Below, piece by piece: positions 49,758 to 63,880 of a stretch of 64,000 bases of DNA (its first letter is position 1; every line of letters starts with the position of its first letter). The notes under the pieces are model-generated. The model was not told the origin of the DNA and searched no databases. It saw only the letters and a program-made list of their open reading frames with translations. The translations under genes were made by a program, and so were the position numbers. Source of the DNA: Octopus bimaculoides (lineage: Eukaryota); assembly GCF_001194135.2 (NCBI RefSeq), contig NC_068989.1:72686536-72750535 (forward strand), in the 5' to 3' direction.

Positions 49758-50684
49758 GTGAGGCATGTTTTTTCTATGTACAGTCGCTGTTATGAAATAG
49801 TGTGTTTGGAGGACCAGAATGAAAAGAGTCGCGACAGGAACATTAATCTCTGGCCCCGGCTTGCTGTATTTCTTCAGATATCATCTGAAGAGCAAGATAG
49901 GGCTGGAGAGAAGACATCTGTCGCAAAGCATATATGAGAAAAGATGGAAGGATGTTGTGAGTAGGTTGGGAGTGACTGTCCTTACTTAATCGCATGGCAG
50001 AAGGGGCCACAGGCAGTGTCATAAAAAATTTTAATCGTATAAATAAATTTTTTTTTTAAATGTCATCCGAAAATCTCACTTTGTTGACCCCAGAACGTAA
50101 AAACAGGCGAAATACCGCTCAAGCATTTTGCCCGGCATGCTAACGATTCTACCAGATCGCCATCTTCCAGAACAATCAAATCAATTACACATGTCAAATA
50201 AACTTTATTTTCATTTACATATTTTCTACGTTATTTCAATAACCAGCTATAGTTATTTCAAATACACTTCTCTACAACGACCAGGTTTCATTAGGAAATG
50301 AAAATAGTTTCACACTTTCAATATGAACCAAAATTACGAAGTCTTGAATTACGAGAGTGACGATGTGTGAATAATGAAAGTAATGCTTCTCCGAATTAGT
50401 CACATGTGTATTATAATAAAGAAAGCTGCTTATTATCTATCTACCAAATAAACTATGTTTTTGATTCAACAACTTTTTATACAATTAAAATAACCTCCGC
50501 AACTAGGTTGGGTCGCACAATTTTGAGGTCATTTTCGGACAATATTTTGATTTGCTTCTAATGTATCATTTTCGTCCGATGTTTCACACATGCGTAGAAT
50601 TCTACTCAGACAATGTACACATAAATATTGTATTAAAATAAGCCACAAATATTGTATTAAAAAATGCCACAACCAAAATAATTG

Positions 50685-50752
<68 letters not shown>

Positions 50753-50789
50753 TGTGTATACACTTGGATGCATACATAAGTTTTAACCA

Positions 50790-51575
50790 GTATTGGCCCA
50801 CGCCATGTCTGACTTAACAGCAGGGCCTGGAGAAAACATTTAAGATGTTTCATATGCGTCATTCTTTGGGTAGCATAGCCCCTTTGAGTAGAGAGTTATT
50901 TGCAGAGATATATTCGGGTGGTTTATCTGGAATTCGTTGGTCATATTCGTCCAGGAACCGCTTAAATATTAAAGGAGCCTTTTCGTCTTTTATCTGCCTT
51001 GGTATGATGTTAAAGGGAGCAGGGCCAGTTCCGTTGAAGTAATTCTGAGTCCTGTGATGTGATGCGAACAGAAATTTTGTAGAGGAGGGATAGCATGAGA
51101 ACCAAAACCTCGTACAATTTTTAAAGTGGATGCCTACATCATTTGGGCAATGTTGTTGCAATATTTTCCAAACCATGCAAATGTTATACCGCTCACGGTG
51201 ACGCTGGAGGGAATAAAAAAATGAGTTTTTCGCGACGATCCCAATAATCAAGAACTGTTATGCTGTCTATTTTAGTAGAAATCGATCTCTGGAGGGCTTC
51301 AGGTAGAGAGACAACAAGGTGAGGATGGGCGAAGGTGGAGAAAAGAAGCATAAAGGGAAGAGCGTCTCTAGATCCCAAAATTCTGAGGATCCAGGAGTAC
51401 ACACGGCGGGCTATGTCAACTTTATTTCTTATGTGGGCACTCCAGCTTATGCTATTGTCAATAGTTACTCTGAGGTCCCGCGTGGTGCTTGATGCGTTAT
51501 GGTTTACGCCCGAGGGAAGAGTATATGATAGTTTAAGTGCAACCTCTTTACCAAAGTTGATTCATTCGAATTTAT
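50790..51575 (-). mobile_element. CR1-type LINE RT C-terminus and 3' UTR relic
   Basis: RDLRVTIDNSISWSAHI..WILRILGSRD..LFSTFAHPHL..LDYWDR..YSLQRHRERY..VWKILQ..GPAPFNIIPRQIK..FKRFLDEY..RIPDKP. Confidence 0.88.
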
Positions 51576-51584
51576 TTCCGTTTG

Positions 51585-51619
<35 letters not shown>

Positions 51620-51667
51620 GGAAGAGAATGAGAGAGACAGAGAGAGACAGAGAGATTGATAGATAGG

Positions 51668-51705
<38 letters not shown>

Positions 51706-53603
51706 TTAATAAATAACATAATACGATAGTAAAATTTTAAAATTCCCAAATAAACATACTTTTGTAAAAATTCATTTTCATCAACATCTTTGCTCAAAAT
51801 CTGACAGAATTCTATTTCTTCTGTAGACACAATCAATACATTATGAATAGTCACCCATTTTAATACACATACTGAAAGAGTTACTAATAGTTTCATGCTT
51901 TTATGATACTTTAACTAGGCATATTTATAAAATACGCCATGTATCCTCAAGCAATCTTTCATACATACAATAATTCATAGATACGCTTAGTTAAGGTATC
52001 ATAAAAGCATGAAACTATTAGTAACTCTTTCAGTATGTGTATTAAAATGNNNNNNNNNNAGCTAGTCTGGGAAATTTTGATACCACCTCGTATATATAAA
52101 CACAACCGCACGCACATTATGAGCGTTTGCAAGGTGACCGTCCACAAAAATTTGAATAAAGTCAACGAGTACGTTTTGTTAAACTAGAAAGGGGTCAATT
52201 TACCAGCTAGAAGTAGATACTAAATCCCCTGCAAGTCGCATTCTATCGTCGTGCGTAATAGTCACGGATGGTAGGCCTTTAATCATAAGTACGTTCGATT
52301 AGGACTGATCTGGGAATAAGCAACAATGACAATAATAATAGTTGTCTCCCGAGCCTGAACGTGATCGCTTGATCTGTTGGAAGTAGCAGCCAGAACTACC
52401 TCAAATCATTCCCTGTCGTCATAAAAAAACAGACTCAATGGATGATGTGGTTGTGACTTACGTATATCAATAAAAATGACGGGATGGTCACGATTGGAAC
52501 GCGTCTAGTCACTGATGTGCTCAATCACTGTTGACTTGGGACTATGCAAACCACAATCTTAACAACTATAACAACAACCATTGGGATTCAGACCTCAATG
52601 CGGCCCATCCAACGACTAGACTAGAAATAACAGCCAAAACTTCTTAATGTCACATTCTACAATTTACAATTTACAATCTTCAACTACCTCTAATAAAGCA
52701 AAACAAAAAAAAATACAAAGCAAAAAGAAACTGCACATTGGATGATGTAATCCTAGATACATCCAGGTGTGCAGAAAAAAGTAGTGACAACTGCAATACC
52801 TTTGTTATAGGTCCGATTAATTAAAGCAACAACTAATAACATCGATCATAGCCACAATAACAACAAAAACATCTATATACTCCCTTTGTTTCATTTTTTC
52901 ACTTGACCCCTCTCTTTTCTCTCTCGGTCTCTCTCTCTCTCTTAATTTCACTCTCAATTTCATCACCTCCCACTGTCACTCCTACCTAACAAAACACATC
53001 ACATAAGCCCCTCGCTGTCCGATCATATAAACAAGCCTTACTCAACATCAACCAACACAACTGCAGATTACCTTTCATTGTAATTGTTTCTACTTAAATT
53101 ACACAAGTGCTTGACAAAAAGACACTTGTACCGCCCAGTACAGGACAGACAGTGATACGTGTTATATTTTACCTGTTATGCTAATATATTTTTTCTTATC
53201 TTTTTTTCTTTCCGGTTATCTGTCTTGTTTTATTGGTGTCCTGAGATCTGATGCATGTTGTGATTCTTCGTGATATATATATTTTTTTTTATTTGGAAAT
53301 AATCTCCACCACATCGGACTGCTGAAAACAAAATACTACTACTACCGTTATTATTTCTAAAACTATCATCACTGCTGTCCCACATCACAACAGAGCAACT
53401 ACACCGCCATCAAATATTTTCAGGTAAGGCACATCAAACATCCTTTAAGAATTTATATATGTATACAAATTTATATATGTTAGAATGCATTTATATATGC
53501 ATATGAATATCTGTTTAAATATAAACAGATATTTCTCGGCTTTTTGATTTTCGTCACTCATGTATTTTGTTCAATATATTTATATATAAAATACATGTAT
53601 ACA

Positions 53604-53637
<34 letters not shown>

Positions 53638-53733
53638 CATATAGAGAGACATTCATGCTTACATATATATATATACATACATACATACATACATACATAC
53701 ATACATGCATACATACATACATGCATATGTACA

Positions 53734-53765
<32 letters not shown>

Positions 53766-54069
53766 GAGAGACAGATAGATATATAGATAGATAGATATAT
53801 AGATAGATAAACAGACAGAAAGACAGACAGATAGTTGTATGTGTATGTATAGAGAGAGAGAGAGAGAACAAAACAAAATATATATATGAATACATCTATA
53901 TATACCATACACATAAAAACATTTATATATCTATATAGTATAGTATATAAAATAATAACAATATATATGTATATGCATAAATATATATATATATATGTAT
54001 ATATATGTATGTATGTATGTATATATATATATATATATATATGTGTGTATATATATGTATGTATGTATG

Positions 54070-54116
<47 letters not shown>

Positions 54117-54962
54117 NNNNNNNNNNNNNNNNNNNNNNNNNNNNNNNNNNNNNNNNNNNNNNNNNNNNNNNNNNNNNNNNNNNNNNNNNNNNNNNNNNNN
54201 NNNNNNNNNNNNNNNNNNNNNNNNNNNNNNNNNNNNNNNNNNNNNNNNNNNNNNNNNNNNNNNNNNNNNNNNNNNNNNNNNNNNNNNNNNNNNNNNNNNN
54301 NNNNNNNNNNNNNNNNNNNNNNNNNNNNNNNNNNNNNNNNNNNNNNNNNNNNNNNNNNNNNNNNNNNNNNNNNNNNNNNNNNNNNNNNNNNNNNNNNNNN
54401 NNNNNNNNNNNNNNNNNNNNNNNNNNNNNNNNNNNNNNNNNNNNNNNNNNNNNNNNNNNNNNNNNNNNNNNNNNNNNNNNNNNNNNNNNNNNNNNNNNNN
54501 NNNNNNNNNNNNNNNCAAACGTAATTTCATTGGATCATGCAACCGGAAATACGGGATATAAAAACAGACATATGTACATTTTGAACTGTGTGCGCCTGTG
54601 TGTAATATTTATTATTAATATTAATGATTGTTTACTTCAAAGCATAGTCAACTTGGAGTCCTTGAAACTCACAAAGGTGGTTCAGGGTGCACAACGATGG
54701 GGAATTAAGTCGAAAACAACGGAAACCAGTACTTGTTTTTAAAGCCTGCTACTAATTCACTCGGTCTTTTTTTGCCGAATAGCTAGGTTAATGGGAGCAT
54801 ATACAATCTAGCGCCGGTAGCAAAGCGTTTGTGGGAGACAACCCAAACACGCGCGCACGAAGACACACAACCACACACACATATGAATATATATATATGA
54901 TTGACCGTTGACTGAACACTATTCAATTTTTTTTCTCCGTGTTTTTCTCCTTGTCTCCGTAT

Positions 54963-54999
54963 TCTTTCTGTTGAAGAGCGTAGCTCGAAATGTCAAAGA
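54963..54999 (+). ncRNA. Variant minimal hammerhead ribozyme motif (core CUGUUGAA)
   Basis: TCTTT-CTGTTGAA-GAG-CGTAG-CTC-GAAA-TG-TC/AAAGA: perfect stem I (5 bp) and stem II (3 bp), but A6 is replaced by U. Confidence 0.55.
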
Positions 55000-55424
55000 C
55001 TTTCCGTATTCCCGAGCGTCATACTAATATATACTTTTGTTATTTACACCACCTGTCCTCGTCTGTTGTTATTATTTGTATATTCTCCCATATATATATA
55101 TCATAATAATAATAATTTTAGATTCCGACAGCCTAATGATCTCACAAGGCTTTGGTCAGCCTAGCATTATAGCAGAAGAAAGACACATGGACAGGATGAG
55201 CGCAGGGAGAAAGGACACAATCTCATGTGATCAAAAAGCAAACTTCTTAACTACACAGACATACCTGTACCCATACTGATTTAACGCTAGATAGTGTAAT
55301 AACTCATTCATACAGTTCATCGTGAATATTTCTCGATAAAGCTAAACATTATCAACATATATATACATATAATTGTATACATAGATACATACATACATAC
55401 ATGCATACATACATACATATATAT

Positions 55425-55457
<33 letters not shown>

Positions 55458-56330
55458 NNNNNNNNNNNNNNNNNNNNNNNNNNNNNNNNNNNNNNNNNNN
55501 NNNNNNNNNNNNNNNNNNNNNNNNNNNNNNNNNNNNNNNNNNNNNNNNNNNNNNNNNTGGCTAATAAAAGAAATGTATCTATCTATCTATCTATTTATCT
55601 ATCTATCACAATACAAAAAAATTAATTAATGGAACTTTTGTTAATCCTTTGGTTCGAAAGTTATTTGCTGACAGGAATCAGTATTATTTCAAACAGAATT
55701 CAGTACGTACGTATGTATGTATGTATGTATGTATGTATGTATGTATGTTTGTATGTGTGTATGTATGTATGTATGTATGCATGCATGCATGCATGTATGC
55801 ATGTATGCATGTATGCATGCATGTATGTATGTATGTATGTATGCATGTACATATATATATATAAGTACATTTATACATAGTATATACATATTTTTATGTA
55901 CAGATATATGTATATTTTTTAATATACATTATGTATATATATGTAAATATAAATGTATGTATGAATGCATGTACGTATGTATGTATGTATGTATGTATGT
56001 ATGTATGTATGTGTCTACGTATGTATAGATAAAGAGAAAGATGGAAAGAAAGATAGAGCTGTCTGGACTGCTGCAGAGGATACGCCATATATTTTACAGA
56101 TCAAATTTATATTATATTTTTATGTTATATTATATTAACTTACATACATACAAAAATATATATACATACATACATGCATATATATANNNNNNNNNNNNNN
56201 NNNNNNNNNNNNNNNNNNNNNNNNNNNNNNNNNNNNNNNNNNNNNNNNNNNNNNNNNNNNNNNNNNNNNNNNNNNNNNNNNNNNNNNNNNNNNNNNNNNN
56301 NNNNNNNNNNNNNNNNNNNNNNNNNNNNNN

Positions 56331-56365
<35 letters not shown>

Positions 56366-56506
56366 CAATGTTAAATCTCTGAACGAGGTATTAACAGTAA
56401 CTGCACGACAAGGTGAAGTATATTTGCCACTTAAATGTGGCTGACCCCTAAGGGTGGATGTTACTGTTGCTTTTAGCCCCAGGAGAACATCTCCTCCAGT
56501 TGTCTG

Positions 56507-56708
56507 TTGACACACATCTGTGTCCTTTCTGTATTTGCAAAGGGAAGTCATCCTTCCCATCTTGATCTGCGATACGCACGGACTCGAGTTTCTGTCGTAC
56601 GCTGAGGACGGGTAAATACCCAGAAACTCGAGTCCGTGCGTATCGCAGATCAAGATGGGAAGGATGATTTCCCTTTGCAAATACAGACAGGACACAGATG
56701 TGTGTCAA
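56507..56708. repeat. 88-bp inverted repeat with a 26-nt loop; probable Penelope-like inverted terminal segment
   Basis: Arms 56507-56594 and 56621-56708 with 2 mismatches. Confidence 0.95.
56596..56640 (+). ncRNA. Minimal type I hammerhead ribozyme motif
   Basis: CGTACG-CTGAGGA-C-GGGT-AAAT-ACCC-A-GAAA-CTCGAG-TC/CGTGCG: 6-bp stem I, canonical core, palindromic CTCGAG stem III, GUC cleavage after 56634. Confidence 0.8.
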
Positions 56709-57056
56709 TGTATGTATGTATGTATGTATGTATATATGTATGTATGTATATAAATGTATAAATGTATCTATATGTATTTATACACATATATATGAATTTT
56801 TGTCGTCTTTCTCTTTTCTGCATCCTACTTCTCCTTTCCTTTTCCTCCCCTCCTCCTCCTCATCATCATCATCATTATAACGATCATCATATATTCAACT
56901 TTTATGCCATCTTTCACCCCCACTACCATCTTCACTATTCTGTTGGCTACAACTGCACATGCGAGAAAAATCAGCTGTTCAACTCAGCAGCACAAAACAA
57001 CAGCGTTTGTTCCTACGACTCTTCGATAAAGATTTCTACTACTGCTGCTGCTGCGA

Positions 57057-57119
<63 letters not shown>

Positions 57120-57486
57120 AAAGAGGAAGAGGATTATGTTGATGTTTTTGTTGCCGTTATGGTCACAACAACATATATACATCAATCTTTCTGCACATGG
57201 CAATCTACCTAGACTAACTATACCGAGGAGAAGAGTTTAATATCTCACAATTTTCTCCGTCCACCAAAAGGTCAACGCTAAAAGGCTACTGATATATTGC
57301 AGGGCCGTCTGTCTGGTTAAGACTCCCCTCGCTCAGAGAATATTAAACATCCAGAAACTCGGACGAGCTAAGTTAAGGAGCCGTTCCTCCTGTTACAAAT
57401 ATCTGCCAAATCGCTGACACCTCATATCTTACTGTGACTTTAAAGAAATATGTGACACGTCACATCGGATAATATTTGATAATAGT

Positions 57487-57955
57487 AAGGTGGTGAGATG
57501 GTAGAATCGTTAGCGTATCGAGCAAAATGCTTAGCAGCAGTTCGTCAGTCTTTTTGCTCTGAGTTTATATTTCACCGAAGTCGGCTTTACCTTTCATCCC
57601 TTTTGGGGTCGATAAGTCAAAGAGCAGCTGAGCATTGGTGTCGATGTAATCGACTTACTTTCTCTCCTGAAATTATTGATCTCGTGACAAAGTTTGAAAC
57701 CAATATTAGATAAGACTATAATTAGATACGTTTTGTGCTAAGACGGTGAACTGGCAGAATCGTTGGCACGCCGGGCACGATGCTTAACGTTATTACTCCC
57801 GTCTGTACGTCCTAAGTTCAAATTCCGCCGAGGTCGACTTTGCCTTTCATCATTTCGGGGTCGGTAAAATAAGTATTATCTGAGCACTGGGGTCGATGTT
57901 ATCGACTTACTCGCTCCTGGGACTTGCTGGCCGTGTGCGAAAATTTGAAATCCGT
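57487..57955 (+). mobile_element. Two tandem diverged family B SINEs
   Basis: Heads AAGGTGGTGAGATGGTAGAATCG (about 57487) and AAGACGGTGAACTGGCAGAATCG (about 57740). Confidence 0.8.
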
Positions 57956-58365
57956 ATTTGATACACAGTGGATTACTGACTTGGAGTTAAATAATATATA
58001 ATAAAGCTATAGATCTACACATTTGGTGGTGAGGGATTTGTCAATAAATTCAACGGCGTTACTTGATTTTTTAAAATTTTATTTAGCGATCCCAGAAACA
58101 TATACGACAAACTTGATCTCAGCCATAACCATGTTGTCTTTTATTTCAAGAATAGTTTACAAGGACTATATGTCCTGTCCGTTTTTAAGAAGAAATAGTG
58201 TGGTAAGAGAAAGAATTGTCTGCTATTTCTTGCAGGTAGAACCTAGAGGCTTCTTACACTGTAATTTAGAGAACTGATTACTTGTGTCGAGTTGACTTTT
58301 ACCTTTTGGGGACTTGCGTATTCTGTACTCTAATTCAGATTGTTCGAAAAAAAATCCCAAAGAAT

Positions 58366-58753
58366 AAGTACTAGGCTTACGAAGAATGAACCCTGAGGTC
58401 GATTTGTTCGACTACAGGCGTTGCTCCAGCATGGCCACAGTCAAATGACTGAAACAACTAAACGAATAAAAGAATAAACGAATAGAATAAAAAGAGTGGT
58501 CAGTAGCTTGCTTACCAACCACATGGTTCCGGGTTCAGTCCCACTGCGTGGCACCTTGGGCAAGTGTCTGCTACTATAGCCTCGGGTCGACCAAAGCCTT
58601 GTGAGTGGATTTGGTAGACGGAAACTGAAAGAAGCCCATCGTATATATGTATATATATATATATANNNNNNNNNNNNNNNNNNNNNNNNNNNNNNNNNNN
58701 NNNNNNNNNNNNNNNNNNNNNNNNNNNNNNNNNNNNNNNNNNNNNNNNNNNNN

Positions 58754-58787
<34 letters not shown>

Positions 58788-59249
58788 TGTGTGTGTGTGT
58801 GTGTGTGTGTTTGTGTGTCTGTGTTTGTCCCCCACCAACGCTTGACAACCGATGGTGGTGTGTTTACGTTCCCGTAACTTAGCGGTTCGGCAAAAAGAGA
58901 CCGGTAGAACAAGTACCAGGCTTACAAAGAATAAGTCCTGGGATCGATTTTCTCGACTAAAGGCGGTGCTCCAGCATGGTCGCAGTCAAATGACTGAAAC
59001 AAGTAAAAGAGTAAAAGAGTAAAAGAGTAAAAGAGTATATATTTGTGTGTGTATTTGTATCTGTATTTGTCCTCCAAACATCGCTTGAAGCCGGTGTTGG
59101 TGTGTTTACGTACCCGTAACGTAGTGGATCGGCACAAGGGAACAACAGTATAAGTACCAGGCTTAAAAAGTAAGTACTGGGGTCGAGTCATTCGACTAAA
59201 GATTTAAGGCGGTGCCCCCACATGGCTGCAGTTTAATGACTGAAGCAAG

Positions 59250-59250
<1 letters not shown>
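58366..59250 (+). mobile_element. Head-to-tail family C array: 3' fragment, near-full copy (58496-59036), 3' half
   Basis: Three successive GGCG(G/T)TGC.CCA.CATGG...GACTGAA.CAA tails. Confidence 0.85.
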
Positions 59251-59297
<47 letters not shown>

Positions 59298-59310
59298 GTA
59301 GACACACACA

Positions 59311-59530
59311 TACAGGGTGGGGTGAAAAGTTCCTGGTTTTGGGTAAAAGAAAATACAGGAGGAACGGTTAATTATGATTTTATTCAACATAGTCCCCTCT
59401 CAGATTCACACATTTATTGCAGCGGTCCTTCAATTTTTCTAAGCCTTCTATAAGGACTCGGAAGGTCGGGCCTCCAGCCAGGCCTTTCACAATACCCTTA
59501 AAGCCAACAATTTTGCAGCACTCCATCGTA
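59311..59530. mobile_element. Mariner-type MITE, copy 3
   Basis: Colinear with copies 1 and 2; starts TACAGGG..GGGTGAAAAGTTCCTGG and ends TCGTA. Confidence 0.8.
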
Positions 59531-60505
59531 TATACAATAGTGGCCAAAATTAGAGAACGAATATAAAAATTGAAGATATTTACATTTCTACTTCATATTT
59601 CCGAATGCGATTTTTACTGTATATACTCTAAGTATGTTCATTATATAAAATAAATGTTGTGGAAAGTGATTAGTAACTTAATAATTTATAACAAAGAAAA
59701 TGTGTATTTGAAAATAAAAGATGGACAAAATTAGAGAACGTATGGCGTAAAATTCAAGAAGTAAAATCTGGCAACACCCTGACCAATGTAAACTAAGTTG
59801 AACTAATAGTGAGAAGATTTACATTGAACTGTAGCAAATTAACAACCATGGAAAGCCGATGTAAAGGTGATGAAAGCCTCAGAAAGTGAGTGGTCACATC
59901 GGAAAAAAAAAGGCGTGGGGAATGGCAATTTCTGCTATCGCTAGAAATATTCACAGATCAAAGAGTGATGTTTCAAGAATATTCAAGTTCATGAAGAAAC
60001 AAGCTCGTGTAATGAGAAAAACGAGGAAAACCGTGTGATTCAGAGGCTGATATTAAGAGACCGTTTCGATACTGCGGCAGGAATTTCCCGCCAAGCAGAT
60101 CGTGGTTACGGAATGAATGTTTCTCGGAAGACTGTGGCTCGTCGTTTGAAGGAAGTCGGACTTTATGCCCGTTCCTCCGCCATTAAACTTCTCATCAGTA
60201 TGAAAGACCGAAAAACGAGGTTAATCTTTGCCAACGAGCACGTACTTTGGACGGACGGCAACTAGTGGCATGTGTTTTTTTAGTGATGAAAGCAAGTTCA
60301 ATTTGTTTGGCCCCGATGGTAGAGAGCACTTAAGACGTCGTTAAGGTGGAAGATTGCTCCCTAAATGCGTGAAGAAACCAGTGAAGTTTAGATGTGGGAG
60401 TTGAATAGTGAGGGAAATGATTTCTGTAGCAGATGTTGGGCCTTTAATCTAGATCCATGGTAATATGAATGCAGCCATATATACAAACATCGTTCTGCAG
60501 CTTGT
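59531..60505 (+). mobile_element. Tc1-family DNA transposon relic, left part with pseudogenised transposase
   Basis: Left end TACAATAGTGGCCAAAATTAGAGAAC. HTH-like MAISAIARNIHRSKSDVSRIF; VSRKTVARRLKEVGLYAR; FFSDESKFNLFGPDG (first catalytic Asp). Truncated before the rest of the DDE triad. Confidence 0.88.
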
Positions 60506-60798
60506 GCCAATTATAACATAAACCACAAAGTAGGCAAAAATATATCTAAATGTATATAAATAAAAAAACAAAAAACAACAAATGATCCAAGGTTAACTAT
60601 TAGTAGGTAGGATAGTAAAAGTTAATAAAGAAATTAATATAGGGACTTGATTCTACTATAATATATTAAATTATGTTAAATTACGCAATATATTCCAGTA
60701 TCTTGTAAGTTCCAATAGTATTTAAGATTGGTCATTTTAAGTATAGAGTTTATACACGGTGTTATTGAAACGAGGGTTTTATTTAAAGGTACTGGAAT

Positions 60799-60854
<56 letters not shown>

Positions 60855-62026
60855 ATTCTGCTAAATATTAGAACTACAGATGCAATATCCTTGCATATCT
60901 CACGTCTATTTTCATTCCTCCACTTCACTCTCTATTTCATATCTTATCTAGAATATCTATTGCTTAACCATTCTCTCACACCGTCTCCGATGAAGGGATG
61001 TATAAAATATCTCGGAAACAACTGTAAAACCTTCTATTTATAAATGTTCTGAAATCTTTCACAGCCTTGGATTTTTAACTCATTCGGNNNNNNNNNNNNN
61101 NNNNNNNNNNNNNNNNNNNNNNNNNNNNNNNNNNNNNNNNNNNNNNNNNNNNNNNNNNNNNNNNNNNNNNNNNNNNNNNNNNNNNNNNNNNNNNNNNNNN
61201 NNNNNNNNNNNNNNNNNNNNNNNNNNNNNNNNNNNNNNNNNNNNNNNNNNNNNNNNNNNNNNNNNNNNNNNNNNNNNNNNNNNNNNNNNNNNNNNNNNNN
61301 NNNNNNNNNNNNNNNNNNNNNNNNNNNNNNNNNNNNNNNNNNNNNNNNNNNNNNNNNNNNNNNNNNNNNNNNNNNNNNNNNNNNNNNNNNNNNNNNNNNN
61401 NNNNNNNNNNNNNNNNNNNNNNNNNNNNNNNNNNNNNNNNNNNNNNNNNNNNNNNNNNNNNNNNNNNNNNNNNNNNNNNNNNNNNTATATATATATATAC
61501 ATATATGTATATGTGAATATCTATCTATCTATCTATCTATCTATACATACATACATACATACCTACATACATACACATATGTCCAAAGACACATATGCTC
61601 TGATATATCAGTAGCCATTAAGTACGTTTATATCTTCTCAGGCATGGCATCTATTCCCTCGATTTACCGAGATATTAGCTTTCATAAAGTAACATATTTC
61701 ACGCGTGTCTCATGATATAAGCAAATGGTTTTTCATACAATCATCACGCTTCACTAACGCACCTGCAATTTGGAAGTTCCTATATATGAGCTTAACTACC
61801 TACCTACCTGCATACCTACTTACCTACCTACCTACCTACCTACCTACTTACCTACCTACCCACCTACCTACCTACCCACCTATCTATCTATCTATCTATT
61901 ATGTATCTATCTATCTATTATGTATCTATCTATCTATTATGTATCTATCTATGTACTTGTCCAACACATTCCTCCATCTCATCCTCAATCTTCCACCCCA
62001 CTCCCTTTCTATATATGTGTGTGTTC

Positions 62027-62073
<47 letters not shown>

Positions 62074-62638
62074 NNNNNNNNNNNNNNNNNNNNNNNNNNN
62101 NNNNNNNNNNNNNNNNNNNNNNNNNNNNNNNNNNNNNNNNNNNNNNNNNNNNNNNNNNNNNNNNNNNNNNNNNNNNNNNNNNNNNNNNNNNNNNNNNNNN
62201 NNNNNNNNNNNNNNNNNNNNNNNNNNNNNNNNNNNNNNNNNNNNNNNNNNNNNNNNNNNNNNNNNNNNNNNNNNNNNNNNNNNNNNNNNNNNNNNNNNNN
62301 NNNNNNNNNNNNNNNNNNNNNNNNNNNNNNNNNNNNNNNNNNNNNNNNNNNNNNNNNNNNNNNNNNNNNNNNNNNNNNNNNNNNNNNNNNNNNNNNNNNN
62401 NNNNNNNNNNNNNNNNNNNNNNNNNNNNNNNNNNNNNNNNNNNNNNNNNNNNNNNNNNNNNNNNNNNNNNNNNNNNNNNNNNNNNNNNNNNNNNNNNNNN
62501 NNNNNNNNNNNNNNNNNNNNNNNNNNNNNNNNNNNNNNNNNNNNNNNNNNNNNNNNNNNNNNNNNNNNNNNNNNNNNNNNNNNNNNNNNNNNNNNNNNNN
62601 NNNNNNNNNNNNNNNNNNNNNNNNNNNNNNNNNNNNNN

Positions 62639-63068
<430 letters not shown>

Positions 63069-63880
63069 GATGAGTTCAGCAAAAATTTAGATTCAGGTGA
63101 ACATGGTACTTAAGTTTGAGCACCAGAATTTAGTACGGTATTATCCATACAATTTCAAATGAAGATGATTAAAATCAAAATAAGTAACAAGGATATCCAG
63201 AGGTAATGCAGTACAACCGTTTCATGCAACTCCATTTAATTGAACAATGTAATCATTACATCAATTTAAAAATGCAGAGCAATCCTCAGCAGGACAAAGA
63301 CATAGAATTTAATTAAATTAGAACAGATGGGCACATTAGTATAATTATACCTAAAAGCTCCAAGAATTTAAGGAGACAAACAGAGAACATTTTGCTTTGG
63401 GCACACCGTGGAAGCTAATAAATAAAATGTCAAAAAAAACTCTGCCTGTCACTGATTTTATTTGTTTTTTTTTTAGTTTAGATTTATAAATTATCATATC
63501 AAACCTTGTATATCTAAAGCTTATGAGAATAAAAGGCATCATCTGTTAGGGGTAGACTGATGTCTGGTATCAGTTAAAAGAATATTTAAGTTATAGAACA
63601 ATCAAAATTTTACACTAATCTTTCCATATATAAGTTGAGGGATTATTTTATAGGTTTCAGAGTTAAAGAAGTTATTTTTACTCCTTACATGAAATTTATA
63701 GTTTCTTGGTAGTACTTGTTAAAGTAAAAACAATATATCATTATTGGGTAAAGTTAAAATTTGGTGTTATCAGGAAGATTTATCATTTAGGTAAGAGATC
63801 AAAATTTACTATAAATTAGTTTAATTTTACTCTAGGCAGTTTAAAACTCAAGTTTTGAAGATAACCATAATTGTATATTA

